Of a stretch of DNA of 64,000 nucleotides, positions 1-15,000 are shown piece after piece. Under the pieces are notes generated by a model. That model did no database searches and was not told where the DNA came from. It saw only the letters and a list, made by a program, of their open reading frames with translations. The translations under genes were made by a program, and so were the position numbers. Every line of letters begins with the position of its first letter. Positions within the stretch are counted from its first letter, which is position 1. The stretch is from NCBI RefSeq assembly GCF_044704955.1, contig NC_091999.1:8866001-8930000 (forward strand), written 5' to 3'. Source of the DNA: Pristiophorus japonicus (lineage: Eukaryota).

Positions 1-3000
1 CAGTGCTCCCAGTGTGATATGGAGACCAGAACTGTGCACAGTGCTCCCAGTGTGATATGGAGACCAGAAGTGTGCACAGTGCTCCCAGTGTGATATGACC
101 AGAACTGTGCACAGTGCTCGCAATGTGATATGGAGACCAGAACTGTGCACAGTGCTCCCAGTGTGATATGGAGACCAGAACTGTGCACAATGCTCCCAGT
201 GTGATATGACCAGAACTGTGCACATGCTCCCAGTGTGATATGACCAGAACTGTGCACAGTGCTCCCAGTGTGTTATGACCAGAACTGTGTACAGTGCTCC
301 CAGTGTGATATGACCAGAACTGTGCACAGTGCTCCCAGTTTGATATGACCAGAACTGTGCACAGTGATCCCAGTGTGATATGGAGACCAGAACTGTGCAC
401 AGTGCTCCCAGTGTGATATGACCAGAACTGTGCACAGTGCCCCCAGTGTGATATGGAGACCAGAACTGTGCACAGTGCTCCCAGTGTGATATGACCAGAA
501 CTGTGCACAGTGCTCCCAGTGTGATATGACCAGAACTGTGCACAGTGCTCCCAGTGTGATATGACCAGAACTGTGTACAGTGCTCCCAGTGTGATATGGA
601 GACCAGAACTGTGCACAGTGCTCCCAGTGTTATATGGAGACCAGAAATGTGCACAGTGCTCCCAGTGTGATATGGAGACCAGAACTGTGCACAGTGCTCC
701 CAGTGTGATATGGAGACCAGAACTGTGCACAGAGCTTACAGTGTGATATGGAGACCAGAACTGTGCACAGTGCTCCTAGTGTGATATCACCAGAACTGTG
801 CACAGTGCTCCCAGTGTGATATGGAGACTAGAACTGTGCACAGTGCTCCCAGTGTGATGTGACCAGAACTGTGCACAGTTCTCCCAGTGTGATATGACCA
901 GAACTGTACATAGTGCTCCCAGTGTGATATGACCAGAACTGTGCACAGTGCTCCCAGTGTGATATGGAGACCAGAACTGTGCACAGTGCTCCCAGTGTGA
1001 TATGGAGACCAGAATTGAGCACAGTGCTCCCAGTGTGATATGACCAGAACTGTGCACAGTGCTCCCAGTGTGATATGGAGACCAGTACTGTCCACAATGC
1101 TCCCAGTGTGATATGGAGACCAGAACTGTGCAGTGCTCCCAGTGTGATATGGAGACCAGAACTGTGCACAATGCTCTCACTGTGATATGGAGATCAGAAC
1201 TGTGCACAGTGCTCCCAGTGTGATATGGAGACCAGAACTGTGCACAGTGCTCCCAGTGTGATATGGAGACCAGAAATGTGCACAGTGCTCCCAGTGTGAT
1301 ATGGAGACCAGAACTGTGCACAGTGCTCCCAGTGTGATATGGAGACCAGAACTGTGCACAGTGCTCCCAGTGTGATATGACCAGAACTGTGCACAGTGCT
1401 CCCAGTGTGATATGACCACAACTGTGCACAGTGCTCCCAGTGTGAGATGACCAGAACTGTGCACAGTCCTCCCAGTGTGATATGGAGACCAGAACTGTGC
1501 ACAGTGCTCCCAGTGTGATAAGGAGACCAGAACTGAGCACAGTGCTCCCAGTGTCATATGACCAGAACTGTGCACAGTGCCCCCAGTGTGATATGGAGAC
1601 CAGAACTGTGCACAGTGCTCCCAGTGTGATATGGAGACCAGAACTGTGCAGTGCTCCCAGTGTGATATGGAGAACAGAACTGTGCACAATGCTCCCAGTG
1701 TGATATGGAGATCTGAACTGTGCACAGTGCTCCCAGTGTGATATGGAGACCAGAACTGTGCACAGTGCTCCCAGTGTGATATGGAGACAAGAAGTGTGCA
1801 CAGTGTTCCCAGTGTGATATGGAGACCAGAACTGTGCACAGTGCTCCCAGTGTGATATGACCAGAACTGTGCACAGTGCTCCCAGTGTGATATGGAGACC
1901 AGAACTGTGCACAGTGCTCCCAGTGTGATATGACCAGAACTGTGCACAGTGCTCCCAGTGTGATATGGAGACCAGAACTGTGCACAGTGCTCCCAGTGTG
2001 ATATGGAGACAAGAAGTGTGCACAGTGTTCCCAGTGTGATATGGAGACCAGAACTGTGCACAGTGCTCCCAGTGTGATATGACCAGAACTGTGCACAGTG
2101 CTCCCAGTGTGATATGGAGACCAGAACTGTGCACAGTGCTCCCAGTGTGATATGACCAGAACTGTGCACAGTGCTCCAAGTGTGATATGACCAGAACTGT
2201 GCACAGTGCTCCCAGTGTGAGATGACCAGAACTGTGCACAGTGCTCCCAGTGTGATATGGAGACCAGAACTGTGCACAGTGCTCCCAGTGTGATATGGAG
2301 ACCAGAACTGCGCACAGTGCTCCCAGTGTCATATGACCAGAACTGTGCACAGTGCTCCCAGTGTGATATGGAGACCAGAACTGTGCACAGTGCTCCCAGT
2401 GTGATATGGAGACCAGAACTGTGCAGTGCTCCCAGTGTGATATGGAGACCAGAACTGTGCACAATGCTCCCAGTGTGATATGGAGATCAGAACTGTGCAC
2501 AGTGCTCCCAGTGTGATATGGAGACCAGAACTGTGCACAGTGCTCCCAGTGTGATATGGAGACAAGAAGTGTGCACAGTGCTCCCAGTGTGATATGGAGA
2601 CCAGAACTGTGCACAGTGCTCTCAGTGTGATATGGAGACCAGAACTGTGCATAGTGCTCCCAGTGTGATATGGAGACCAGAACTGTGCACAGTGCTCCCA
2701 GTGTGATAAGGAGACCAAAACTGTGCACAGTGCTCCCAGTGTGATATGGAGACCAGAACTGTGCATAGATCTCCCAGTGTGATATGGAGACCAGAAATGT
2801 GCAGACTGCTCCCAGTGTGATATGGAGAACAGAAGTGTGCACAGTGCTCCGAGTGTGATATGACCAGAACTGTGCACAGTGCTCCCAATGTGATATGGAG
2901 ACCAGCACTGTGCACAGTGCTCCCAGTGTGATATGGAGACCAGAACTGTGCACAGTGCTCCCAGTGTGATATGACCAGAACTGTGCACAGTGCACCCAGT

Positions 3001-6000
3001 GTGATTTGGAGACCAGAACTTTGCACAGTGCTCCCAGTGTGATATGACCAGAACTGTGCACAGTGCTCCCAGTGTGATATGACCAGAACTGTGAACAGTG
3101 CTCCCAGTGTGATATGGAGACCAGAACTGTGCATAGTGCTCCCAGTGTGATATGACCAGAACTGTGCACAGTGCTCCCAGTGTGATACGACCAGAACTGT
3201 GCACAATGCTCCCAGTGTGATATGGAGACCAGAACTGTGCACAGTGCTCCCAGTGTGATATGGAGACCAGAACTGTGCACAGTGCTCCCAGTGTGATATG
3301 GAGACCAGAACTGTGCACAGTGCTCCCAGTGTGATATGGATACCAGAACTGTGCACAGTGCTCCCAGTGTGATATGGAGAGCAGAACTGTGCACAGTGCT
3401 CCTAGTGTGATATGACCAGAACTGTGCACAGTGCTCCCGGTGTGATATGACCAGAACTGTGCACAGTGCTCCCAGTGTGATATGGAGACCAGAACTGTGC
3501 ACAGTGCTCCCAGTGTGATATGACCAGAACTGTGCACAGTGCTCCCAGTGTGATATGGAGACCAGAACTGTGCACAGTGCTCCCAGTGTGATATGGAGAG
3601 CAGAACTGTGCACAGTGCTCCGAGTGTGATATGACCAGAACTGTGCACAGTGATCCCAGTGTGATATGGAGACCAGAACAGTGCACGGTGCTCCCAGTGT
3701 GATATGACCAGAACTGTGCACAGTGCTCCCAGTGTGATATGACCAGAACTGCACATAGTGCTCCCAGTGTGATATGGAGACCAGAACTGTGCACAGTGCT
3801 CCCAGTGTGATATGGAGACCAGAACTGTGCACAGTGCTCCCAGTGTGATATGGATACCAGAACTGTGCACAGTGCTCCCAGTGTGATATGGAGAGCAGAA
3901 CTGTGCACAGTGCTCCGAGTGTGATATGACCAGAACTGTGCACAGTGATCCCAGTGTGATATGGAGACCAGAACAGTGCACGGTGCTCCCAGTGTGATAT
4001 GACCAGAACTGTGCACAGTGCTCCCAGTGTGATATGACCAGAACTGCACATAGTGCTCCCAGTGTGATATGACCAGAACTGTGCACAGTGCTCCCAGTGT
4101 GATATGACCAGAACTGTGCACAGTGCTCCCAGTGTGATATGACCAGAACTGTGCACAGTGCTCCCAGTGTGATATGGAGACCAGAACTGTGCACAGTGCT
4201 CCCAGTGTGATATGGAGACCAGAACTGAACACAGTGCTCCCAGTGTGGTATGACCAGAACTGTGTACAGTGCTCCCAGTGTGATATGGAGACCAGAACTG
4301 TGCACAGTGCTCCCAGTGTGATATGGAGACCAGAACCGTGCAGTGCTGCCAGTGTGATATGGAGACCAGAACTGTGCACAATGCTCCCAGTGTGATATGC
4401 AGATCAGAACTGTGTACAGTGCTCCCAGTGTGATATGGAGACCAGAACTGTGCACAGTGCTCCCAGTGTGATATGGAGACCAGAAGTGTGCACATTGCTC
4501 CCAGTGTGATATGGAGACCAGAACTGTGCACAGTGCTCCCAGTGTGATATGGAGACCAGAACTGTGCACAGTGCTCCCAGTGTGATATGGAGACCAGAAC
4601 TGTGCACAGTGCTCCCAGTGTGATATGACCAGAACTGTGCACAGTGCTCCCAGTGTGATATGACCAGAACTGTGCACAGTGCTCCCAGTGTGATATGACC
4701 AAAACTGTGCACAGTGCTCCCAGTGTGATATAGAGACCAGAACTGTGCACAGTGCTCCCAGTGTGATATGGAGACCAGAACTGAGCACAGTGCTCCCAGT
4801 GTCATATGGCCAGAACTGTGCACAGTGCTCCCAGTGTGATATGGAGACCAGAACTGTGCACAGTGCTATCAGTGTGATATGGAGACCAGAATTGTGCAGT
4901 GCTCCCAGTGTGATATGGAGACCAGAACTGTGCACAATGCTCCCAGTGTGATATGGAGATCAGAACTGTGCACAGTGCTCCCAGTGTGATATGGAGACCA
5001 GAACTGTGCACAGTGCTCCCAGTGTGATATGGAGACAAGAAGTGTGCACAGTGCTCCCAGTGTGATATGGAGACCAGAACTGTGCACAGTGCTCTCAATG
5101 TGATATGGAGACCAGAACTGTGCATAGTGCTCCCAGTTTGATATGGAGACCAGAACTGTGCACAGTGCTCCCAGTGTGATATGGAGACCAGAACTGTGCA
5201 CAGTGCTCCCAGTGTGATATGGAGACCAGAACTGTGCACAGTGCTACCAGTGTGATATGGAGACCAGAAATGTGCACAGTGCTCCCAGTGTGATATGGAG
5301 ACCAGAAATGTGCACAGTGCTCCCAGGGTGATATGGAGACCAGAAGTGTGCACAGTGCTCCCAATGTGATATGACCAGAACTGTGCACAGTGCTCCCAAT
5401 GTGATATGGAGACCAGAACTGTGCACAGTGCTCCCAGTGTGATATGGAGACCAGAACTGTGCACAGTGCTCCCAGTGTGATTAGACCAGAACTGTGCACA
5501 GTGCTCCCAGTGTGATTTGGAGACCAGAACTGTGCACAGTGCTCCCAGTGTTATATGACCAGAACTGTGCACAGTGATCCCAGTGTGATATGGAGACCAG
5601 AACTGTGCACAGTGCTCCCAGTGTGATATGGAGTCCAGAAGTGTGCACAGTGCTCCTAGTTTGATATGACCAGAACTGTGCACAGTGCTCTCAGTGTGCT
5701 ATGGAGACCAGAACTGTGCACAGTGCTCCCAGTGTGATATGGAGACCAGAACTGTGCACAGTGCTCCCAGTGTGATATGAACAGAACTGTGTACAGTGCT
5801 GCCAGTGTGATATGACCAGAACTGTGTACAGTGCTCCCAGTGTGATATGACCAGAACTGTGTCCAGTGCTCCCAGTGTGATATGAGCAGAACTGTGTGCA
5901 GTGCTCCCAGTGTGATATGACCTGAACTGTACACAGTGCTCCCAGTGTGATATGATCAGGACTGTGCACAGTGCTCCCAGTGTGATATGGAGACCAGAAT

Positions 6001-9000
6001 TGTGCACAGTGCTCCCAGTGTGATATGGAGACCAGAACTGTGCACAGTGCTCCCAGTGTGATATGGAGACCAGAACTGTGCACAGTGCTCCCAGTGTGAT
6101 ATGGAGACCAGAACCGTGCATAGTGCTCCCAGTGTGATATGGAGACCAGAACTATGCAGAGTGCTCCCAGTGTGATATGGAGACCAGAAGTGTGCACAGT
6201 GCTCCCAGTGTGACATGACCAGAACTGTGCACAGTGCTCCCAATGTGATATGGAGACCAGAACTGTGCACAGTGATCCCAGTGTGATATGGAGACCAGAA
6301 CTGTGCAATGTGCTCCCAGAGTGATATGACCAGAACTGTGCACAGTGCTCCCAGTGTGATTTGGAGACCAGAGCTGTGCACAGTGCTCCCAGTGTGATAT
6401 GACCAGAACTGTGCACAGTGCTCCCAGTGTGATATGGAGACCAGAACTGTGCACAGTGCTCCCAGTGTGATATGGAGACCAGAACTGTGCACAGTGCTCC
6501 CAGTGTGATATGACCAGAACTGTGCACAGTGCTCCCAGTGTGATATGACCAGAACTGTGCACAGTGCTCCCAGTGTGATATGACCAGAACTGTGCACAGT
6601 GCTCCCAGTGTTATATGACCAGAACTGTGCACAGTGATCCCAGTGTGATATGGAGACCAGAACTGTGCACAGTGCTCCCAGTGTGATATGGAGACCAGAA
6701 CCGTGCATAGTGCTCCCAGTGTGATATGGAGACCAGAACTGTGCAGAGTGCTCCCAGTGTGATATGGAGACCAGAAGTGTGCACAGTGCTCCCAGTGTGA
6801 CATGACCAGAACTGTGCACAGTGCTCCCAATGTGATATGGAGACCAGAACTGTGCACAGTGATCCCAGTGTGATATGGAGACCAGAACTGTGCAATGTGC
6901 TCCCAGAGTGATATGACCAGAACTGTGCACAGTGCTCCCAGTGTGATTTGGAGACCAGAGCTGTGCACAGTGCTCCCAGTGTGATATGACCAGAACTGTG
7001 CACAGTGCTCCCAGTGTGATATGGAGACCAGAACTGTGCACAGTGCTCCCAGTGTGATATGGAGACCAGAACTGTGCACAGTGCTCCCAGTGTGATATGA
7101 CCAGAACTGTGCACAGTGCTCCCAGTGTGATATGACCAGAACTGTGCACAGTGCTCCCAGTGTGATATGACCAGAACTGTGCACAGTGCTCCCAGTGTTA
7201 TATGACCAGAACTGTGCACAGTGATCCCAGTGTGATATGGAGACCAGAACTGTGCACAGTGCTCCCAATGTGATATGGAGTCCAGAAGTGTGCACAGTGC
7301 TCCTAGTGTGATATGACCAGAACTGTGCACAGTGCTCTCAGTGTGCTATGGAGACCAGAACTGTGCACAGTGCTCCCAGTGTGATATGGAGACCAGAACT
7401 GTGCACAGTGCTCCCAGTGTGATATGACCAGAACTGTGTACAGTGCTGCCAGTGTGATATGACCAGAACTGTGTACAGTGCTCCCAGTGTGATATGACCA
7501 GAACTGTGTCCAGTGCTCCCAGTGTGATATGACCAGAACTGTGTGCAGTGCTCCCAGTGTGATATGACCTGAACTGTACACAGTGCTCCCAGTGTGATAT
7601 GATCAGGACTGTGCACAGTGCTCCCAGTGTGATTTGGAGACCAGAACTGTGCACAGTGCTCCCAGTGTTATATGACCAGAACTGTGCACAGTGATCCCAG
7701 TGTGATATGGAGACCAGAACTGTGCACAGTGCTCCCAGTGTGATATGGAGTCCAGAAGTGTGCACAGTGCTCCTAGTGTGATATGACCAGAACTGTGCAC
7801 AGTGCTCTCAGTGTGCTATGGAGACCAGAACTGTGCACAGTGCTCCCAGTGTGATATGGAGACCAGAACTGTGCACAGTGCTCCCAGTGTGATATGACCA
7901 GAACTGTGTACAGTGCTGCCAGTGTGATATGACCAGAACTGTGTACAGTGCTCCCAGTGTGATATGACCAGAACTGTGTCCAGTGCTCCCAGTGTGATAT
8001 GACCAGAACTGTGTGCAGTGCTCCCAGTGTGATATGACCTGAACTGTACACAGTGCTCCCAGTGTGATATGATCAGGACTGTGCACAGTGCTCCCAGTGT
8101 GATATGGAGAACGGAATTGTGCACAGTGCTCCCAGTGTGATATGGAGACCAGAACTGTGCACAGTGCTCCCAGTGTGATATGGAGACCAGAACTGTGCAC
8201 AGTGCTCCCAGTGTGATATGGAGACCAGAACCGTGCATAGTGCTCCCAGTGTGATATGGAGACCAGAACTGTGCAGAGTGCTCCCAGTGTGATATGGAGA
8301 CCAGAAGTGTGCACAGTGCTCCCAGTGTGACATGACCAGAACTGTGCACAGTGCTCCCAATGTGATATGGAGACCAGAACTGTGCACAGTGCTCCCAGTG
8401 TGATATGGAGACCAGAACTGTGCACAGTGCTCCCAGAGTGATATGACCAGAACTGTGCACAGTGCTCCCAGTGTGATTTGGAGACCAGAGCTGTGCACAG
8501 TGCTCCCAGTGTGATATGACCAGAAATGTGCACAGTGCTCCCAGTGTGATATGGAGACCAGAACTGTGCACAGTGCTCCCAGTGTGATATGGAGACCAGA
8601 ACTGTGCACAGTGCTCCCAGTGTGATATGACCAGAACTGTGCACAGTGCTCCCAGTGTGATATGACCAGAACTGTGCACAGTGCTCCCAGTGTGATATGA
8701 CCAGAACTGTGCACAGTGCTCCCAGTGTGATATGACCAGAACTGTGCACAGTGCTCCCAGTGTGATATGGAGACCAGAACTGTGCACAGTGGTCCCAGTG
8801 TTACATGACCAGAACTGTGCACAGTGCTCCCAGTGTGATATGACCAGAACTGTGCACAGTGCTCCCAGTGTGATATGGAGACCAGAACTGTGCACAATGC
8901 TCCCAGTGTGATATGGAGATCAGAACTGTGCACAGTGCTCCCAGTGTGATATGGAGACCAGAACTGTGCACAGTGCTCACAGTGTGATATGGAGACAAGA

Positions 9001-12000
9001 AGTGTGCACAGTGCTCCCAGTGTGATATGGAGACCAGAACTGTGCACAGTGCTCTCAATGTGATATGGAGACCAGAACTGTGCATAGTGCTCCCAGTTTG
9101 ATATGGAGACCAGAACTGTGCACAGTGCTCCCAGTGTGATATGGAGACCAGAACTGTGCACAGTGCTCCCAGTGTGATATGACCAGAACTGTGCACAGTG
9201 CTCCCAGTGTGATATGACCAGAACTGTGCACAGTGCACCCAGTGTGATATGACCAGAACTGTGCACAGTGCTCCCAGTGTGATATGAGCAGAACTGTGTG
9301 CAGTGCTCCCAGTGTGATATGACCTGAACTGTACACAGTGCTCCCAGTGTGATATGATCAGGACTGTGCACAGTGCTCCCAGTGTGATATGGAGACCAGA
9401 ATTGTGCACAGTGCTCCCAGTGTGATATGGAGACCAGAACTGTGCACAGTGCTCCCAGTGTGATATGGAGACCAGAACCGTGCATAGTGCTCCCAGTGTG
9501 ATATGGAGACCAGAACTGTGCAGAGTGCTCCCAGTGTGATATGGAGACCAGAAGTGTGCACAGTGCTCCCAGTGTGACATGACCAGAACTGTGCACAGTG
9601 CTCCCAATGTGATATGGAGACCAGAACTGTGCACAGTGATCCCAGTGTGATATGGAGACCAGAACTGTGCAATGTGCTCCCAGAGTGATATGACCAGAAC
9701 TGTGCACAGTGCTCCCAGTGTGATTTGGAGACCAGAGCTGTGCACAGTGCTCCCAGTGTGATATGACCAGAACTGTGCACAGTGCTCCCAGTGTGATATG
9801 GAGACCAGAACTGTGCACAGTGCTCCCAGTGTGATATGGAGACCAGAACTGTGCACAGTGCTCCCAGTGTGATATGACCAGAACTGTGCACAGTGCTCCC
9901 AGTGTGATATGACCAGAACTGTGCACAGTGCTCCCAGTGTGATATGACCAGAACTGTGCACAGTGCTCCCAGTGTTATATGACCAGAACTGTGCACAGTG
10001 ATCCCAGTGTGATATGGAGACCAGAACTGTGCACAGTGCTCCCAATGTGATATGGAGTCCAGAAGTGTGCACAGTGCTCCTAGTGTGATATGACCAGAAC
10101 TGTGCACAGTGCTCTCAGTGTGCTATGGAGACCAGAACTGTGCACAGTGCTCCCAGTGTGATATGGAGACCAGAACTGTGCACAGTGCTCCCAGTGTGAT
10201 ATGACCAGAACTGTGTACAGTGCTGCCAGTGTGATATGACCAGAACTGTGTACAGTGCTCCCAGTGTGATATGACCAGAACTGTGTCCAGTGCTCCCAGT
10301 GTGATATGACCAGAACTGTGTGCAGTGCTCCCAGTGTGATATGACCTGAACTGTACACAGTGCTCCCAGTGTGATATGATCAGGACTGTGCACAGTGCTC
10401 CCAGTGTGATTTGGAGACCAGAACTGTGCACAGTGCTCCCAGTGTTATATGACCAGAACTGTGCACAGTGATCCCAGTGTGATATGGAGACCAGAACTGT
10501 GCACAGTGCTCCCAGTGTGATATGGAGTCCAGAAGTGTGCACAGTGCTCCTAGTGTGATATGACCAGAACTGTGCACAGTGCTCTCAGTGTGCTATGGAG
10601 ACCAGAACTGTGCACAGTGCTCCCAGTGTGATATGGAGACCAGAACTGTGCACAGTGCTCCCAGTGTGATATGACCAGAACTGTGTACAGTGCTGCCAGT
10701 GTGATATGACCAGAACTGTGTACAGTGCTCCCAGTGTGATATGACCAGAACTGTGTCCAGTGCTCCCAGTGTGATATGGCCAGAACTGTGTGCAGTGCTC
10801 CCAGTGTGATATGACCTGAACTGTACACAGTGCTCCCAGTGTGATATGATCAGGACTGTGCACAGTGCTCCCAGTGTGATATGGAGAACGGAATTGTGCA
10901 CAGTGCTCCCAGTGTGATATGGAGACCAGAACTGTGCACAGTGCTCCCAGTGTGATATGGAGACCAGAACTGTGCACAGTGCTCCCAGTGTGATATGGAG
11001 ACCAGAACCGTGCATAGTGCTCCCAGTGTGATATGGAGACCAGAACTGTGCAGAGTGCTCCCAGTGTGATATGGAGACCAGAAGTGTGCACAGTGCTCCC
11101 AGTGTGACATGACCAGAACTGTCCACAGTGCTCCCAATGTGATATGGAGACCAGAACTGTGCACAGTGCTCCCAGTGTGATATGGAGACCAGAACTGTGC
11201 ACAGTGCTCCCAGAGTGATATGACCAGAACTGTGCACAGTGCTCCCAGTGTGATTTGGAGACCAGAGCTGTGCACAGTGCTCCCAGTGTGATATGACCAG
11301 AAATGTGCACAGTGCTCCCAGTGTGATATGGAGACCAGAACTGTGCACAGTGCTCCCAGTGTGATATGGAGACCAGAACTGTGCACAGTGCTCCCAGTGT
11401 GATATGACCAGAACTGTGCACAGTGCTCCCAGTGTGATATGACCAGAACTGTGCACAGTGCTCCCAGTGTGATATGACCAGAACTGTGCACAGTGCTCCC
11501 AGTGTGATATGACCAGAACTGTGCACAGTGCTCCCAGTGTGATATGGAGACCAGAACTGTGCACAGTGGTCCCAGTGTTACATGACCAGAACTGTGCACA
11601 GTGCTCCCAGTGTGATATGACCAGAACTGTGCACAGTGCTCCCAGTGTGATATGGAGACCAGAACTGTGCACAATGCTCCCAGTGTGATATGGAGATCAG
11701 AACTGTGCACAGTGCTCCCAGTGTGATATGGAGACCAGAACTGTGCACAGTGCTCACAGTGTGATATGGAGACAAGAAGTGTGCACAGTGCTCCCAGTGT
11801 GATATGGAGACCAGAACTGTGCACAGTGCTCTCAATGTGATATGGAGACCAGAACTGTGCATAGTGCTCCCAGTTTGATATGGAGACCAGAACTATGCAC
11901 AGTGCTCCCAGTGTGATATGGAGACCAGAACTGTGCACAGTGCTCCCAGTGTGATATGGAAACCAGAACTGTGCACAGTGCTACCAGTGTGATATGGAGA

Positions 12001-15000
12001 CCAGAAATGTGCACAGTGCTCCCAGTGTGATATGGAGACCAGAAATGTGCACAGTGCTCCCAGTGTGATATGGAGACCAGAAGTGTGCACAGTGCTCCCA
12101 ATGTGATATGACCAGAACTGTGCACAGTGCTCCCAATGTGATATGGAGACCAGAACTGTGCACAGTGCTCCCAGTGTGATATGGAGACCAGAACTGTGCA
12201 CAGTGCTCCCAGTGTGATTAGGAGACCAGAACTGTGCACAGTGCTCCCAGTGTTATATGACCAGAACTGTGCACAGTGATCCCAGTGTGATATGGAGACC
12301 AGAACTGTGCACAGTGCTCCCAGTGTGATATGGAGACCAGAACTGTGCACAGTGCTCCCAGTGTGATTTGGAGACCAGAACTGTGCACAGTGCTCCCAGT
12401 GTGATATGACCAGAACTGTGCACAGTGATCCCAGTGTGATATGGAGACCAGAACTGTGCACAGTGCTCCCAGTGTGATATGGAGTCCAGAAGTGTGCACA
12501 GTGCTCCTAGTTTGATATGACCAGAAATGTGCACAGTGCTCTCAGTGTGCTATGGAGACCAGAACTGTGCACAGTGCTCCCAGTGTGATATGGAGACCAG
12601 AACTGTGCACAGTGCTCCCAGTGTGATATGACCAGAACTGTGTACAGTGCTGCCAGTATGATATGACCAGAACTGTGCACAGTGCTCCCAGTGTGATATG
12701 ACCAGAACTGTGTCCAGTGCTCCCAGTGTGATATGAGCAGAACTGTGTGCAGTGCTCCCAGTGTGATATGACCTGAACTGTGTACAGTGCTCCCAGTGTG
12801 ATATGATCAGGACTGTGCACAGTGCTCCCAGTGTGATATGGAGACCAGAATTGTGCACAGTGCTCCAAGTGTGATATGGAGACCAGAACTGTGCACAGTG
12901 CTCCCAGTGTGATATGGAGACCAGAACTGTGCACAGTGCTCCCAGTGTGATATGGAGACCAGAACCGTGCATAGTGCTCCCAGTGTGATATGGAGACCAG
13001 AACTGTGCAGAGTGCTCCCAGTGTGATATGGAGACCAGAAGTGTGCACAGTGCTCCCAGTGTGACATGACCAGAACTGTGCACAGTGCTCCCAATGTGAT
13101 ATGGAGACCAGAACTGTGCACAGTGCTGCCAGTGTGATATGGAGACCAGAACTGTGCACAGTGCTCCCAGAGTGATATGACCAGAACTGTGCACAGTGCT
13201 CCCAGTGTGATTTGGAGACCAGAGCTGTGCACAGTGCTCCCAGTGTGATATGACCAGAACTGTGCACAGTGCTCCCAGTGTGATATGGAGACCAGAACTG
13301 TGCACAGTGCTCCCAGTGTGATATGGAGACCAGAACTGTGCACAGTGCTCCCAGTGTGATATGACCAGAACTGTGCACAGTGCTCCCAGTGTGATATGAC
13401 CAGAACTGTGCACAGTGCTCCCAGTGTGATATGACCAGAACTGTGCTCAGTGCTCCCAGTGTTATATGACCAGAACTGTGCACAGTGATCCCAGTGTGAT
13501 ATGGAGACCAGAACTGTGCACAGTGCTCCCAATGTGATATGGAGTCCAGCAGTGTGCACAGTGCTCCTAGTGTGATATGACCAGAACTGTGCACAGTGCT
13601 CTCAGTGTGCTATGGAGACCAGAACTGTGCACAGTGCTCCCAGTGTGATATGGAGACCAGAAGTGTGCACAGTGCTCCCAGTGTGATATGACCAGAACTG
13701 TGTACAGTGCTGCCAGTGTGATATGACCAGAACTGTGTACAGTGCTCCCAGTGTGATATGACCAGAACTGTGTCCAGTGCTCCCAGTGTGATATGACCAG
13801 AACTGTGTGCAGTGCTCCCAGTGTGATATGACCTGAACTGTACACAGTGCTCCCAGTGTGATATGATCAGGACTGTGCACAGTGCTCCCAGTGTGATTTG
13901 GAGACCAGAACTGTGCACAGTGCTCCCAGTGTTATATGACCAGAACTGTGCACAGTGATCCCAGTGTGATATGGAGACCAGAACTGTGCACAGTGCTCCC
14001 AGTGTGATATGGAGTCCAGAAGTGTGCACAGTGCTCCTAGTGTGATATGACCAGAACTGTGCACAGTGCTCTCAGTGTGCTATAGAGACCAGAACTGTGC
14101 ACAGTGCTCCCAGTGTGATATGGAGACCAGAACTGTGCACAGTGCTCCCAGTGTGATATGACCAGAACTGTGTACAGTGCTGCCAGTGTGATATGACCAG
14201 AACTGTGTACAGTGCTCCCAGTGTGATATGACCAGAACTGTGTCCAGTGCTCCCAGTGTGATATGACCAGAACTGTGTGCAGTGCTCCCAGTGTGATATG
14301 ACCTGAACTGTACACAGTGCTCCCAGTGTGATATGATCAGGACTGTGCACAGTGCTCCCAGTGTGATATGGAGAACAGAATTGTGCACAGTGCTCCCAGT
14401 GTGATATGGAGACCAGAACTGTGCACATTGCTCCCAGTGTGATATGGAGACCAGAACTGTGCACAGTGCTCCCAGTGTGATATGGAGACCAGAACCGTGC
14501 ATAGTGCTCCCAGTGTGATATGGAGACCAGAACTGTGCAGAGTGCTCCCAGTGTGATATGGAGACCAGAAGTGTGCACAGTGCTCCCAGTGTGACATGAC
14601 CAGAACTGTGCACAGTGCTCCCAATGTGATATGGAGACCAGAACTGTGCACAGTGCTCCCAGTGTGATATGGAGACCAGAACTGTGCACAGTGCTCCCAG
14701 AGTGATATGACCAGAACTGTGCACAGTGCTCCCAGTGTGATTTGGAGACCAGAGCTGTGCACAGTGCTCCCAGTGTGATATGACCAGAAATGTGCACAGT
14801 GCTCCCAGTGTGATATGGAGACCAGAACTGTGCACAGTGCTCCCAGTGTGATATGGAGACCAGAACTGTGCACAGTGCTCCCAGTGTGATATGACCAGAA
14901 CTGTGCACAGTGCTCCCAGTGTGATATGACCAGAACTGTGCACAGTGCTCCCAGTGTGATATGACCAGAACTGTGCACAGTGCTCCCATTGTGATATGAC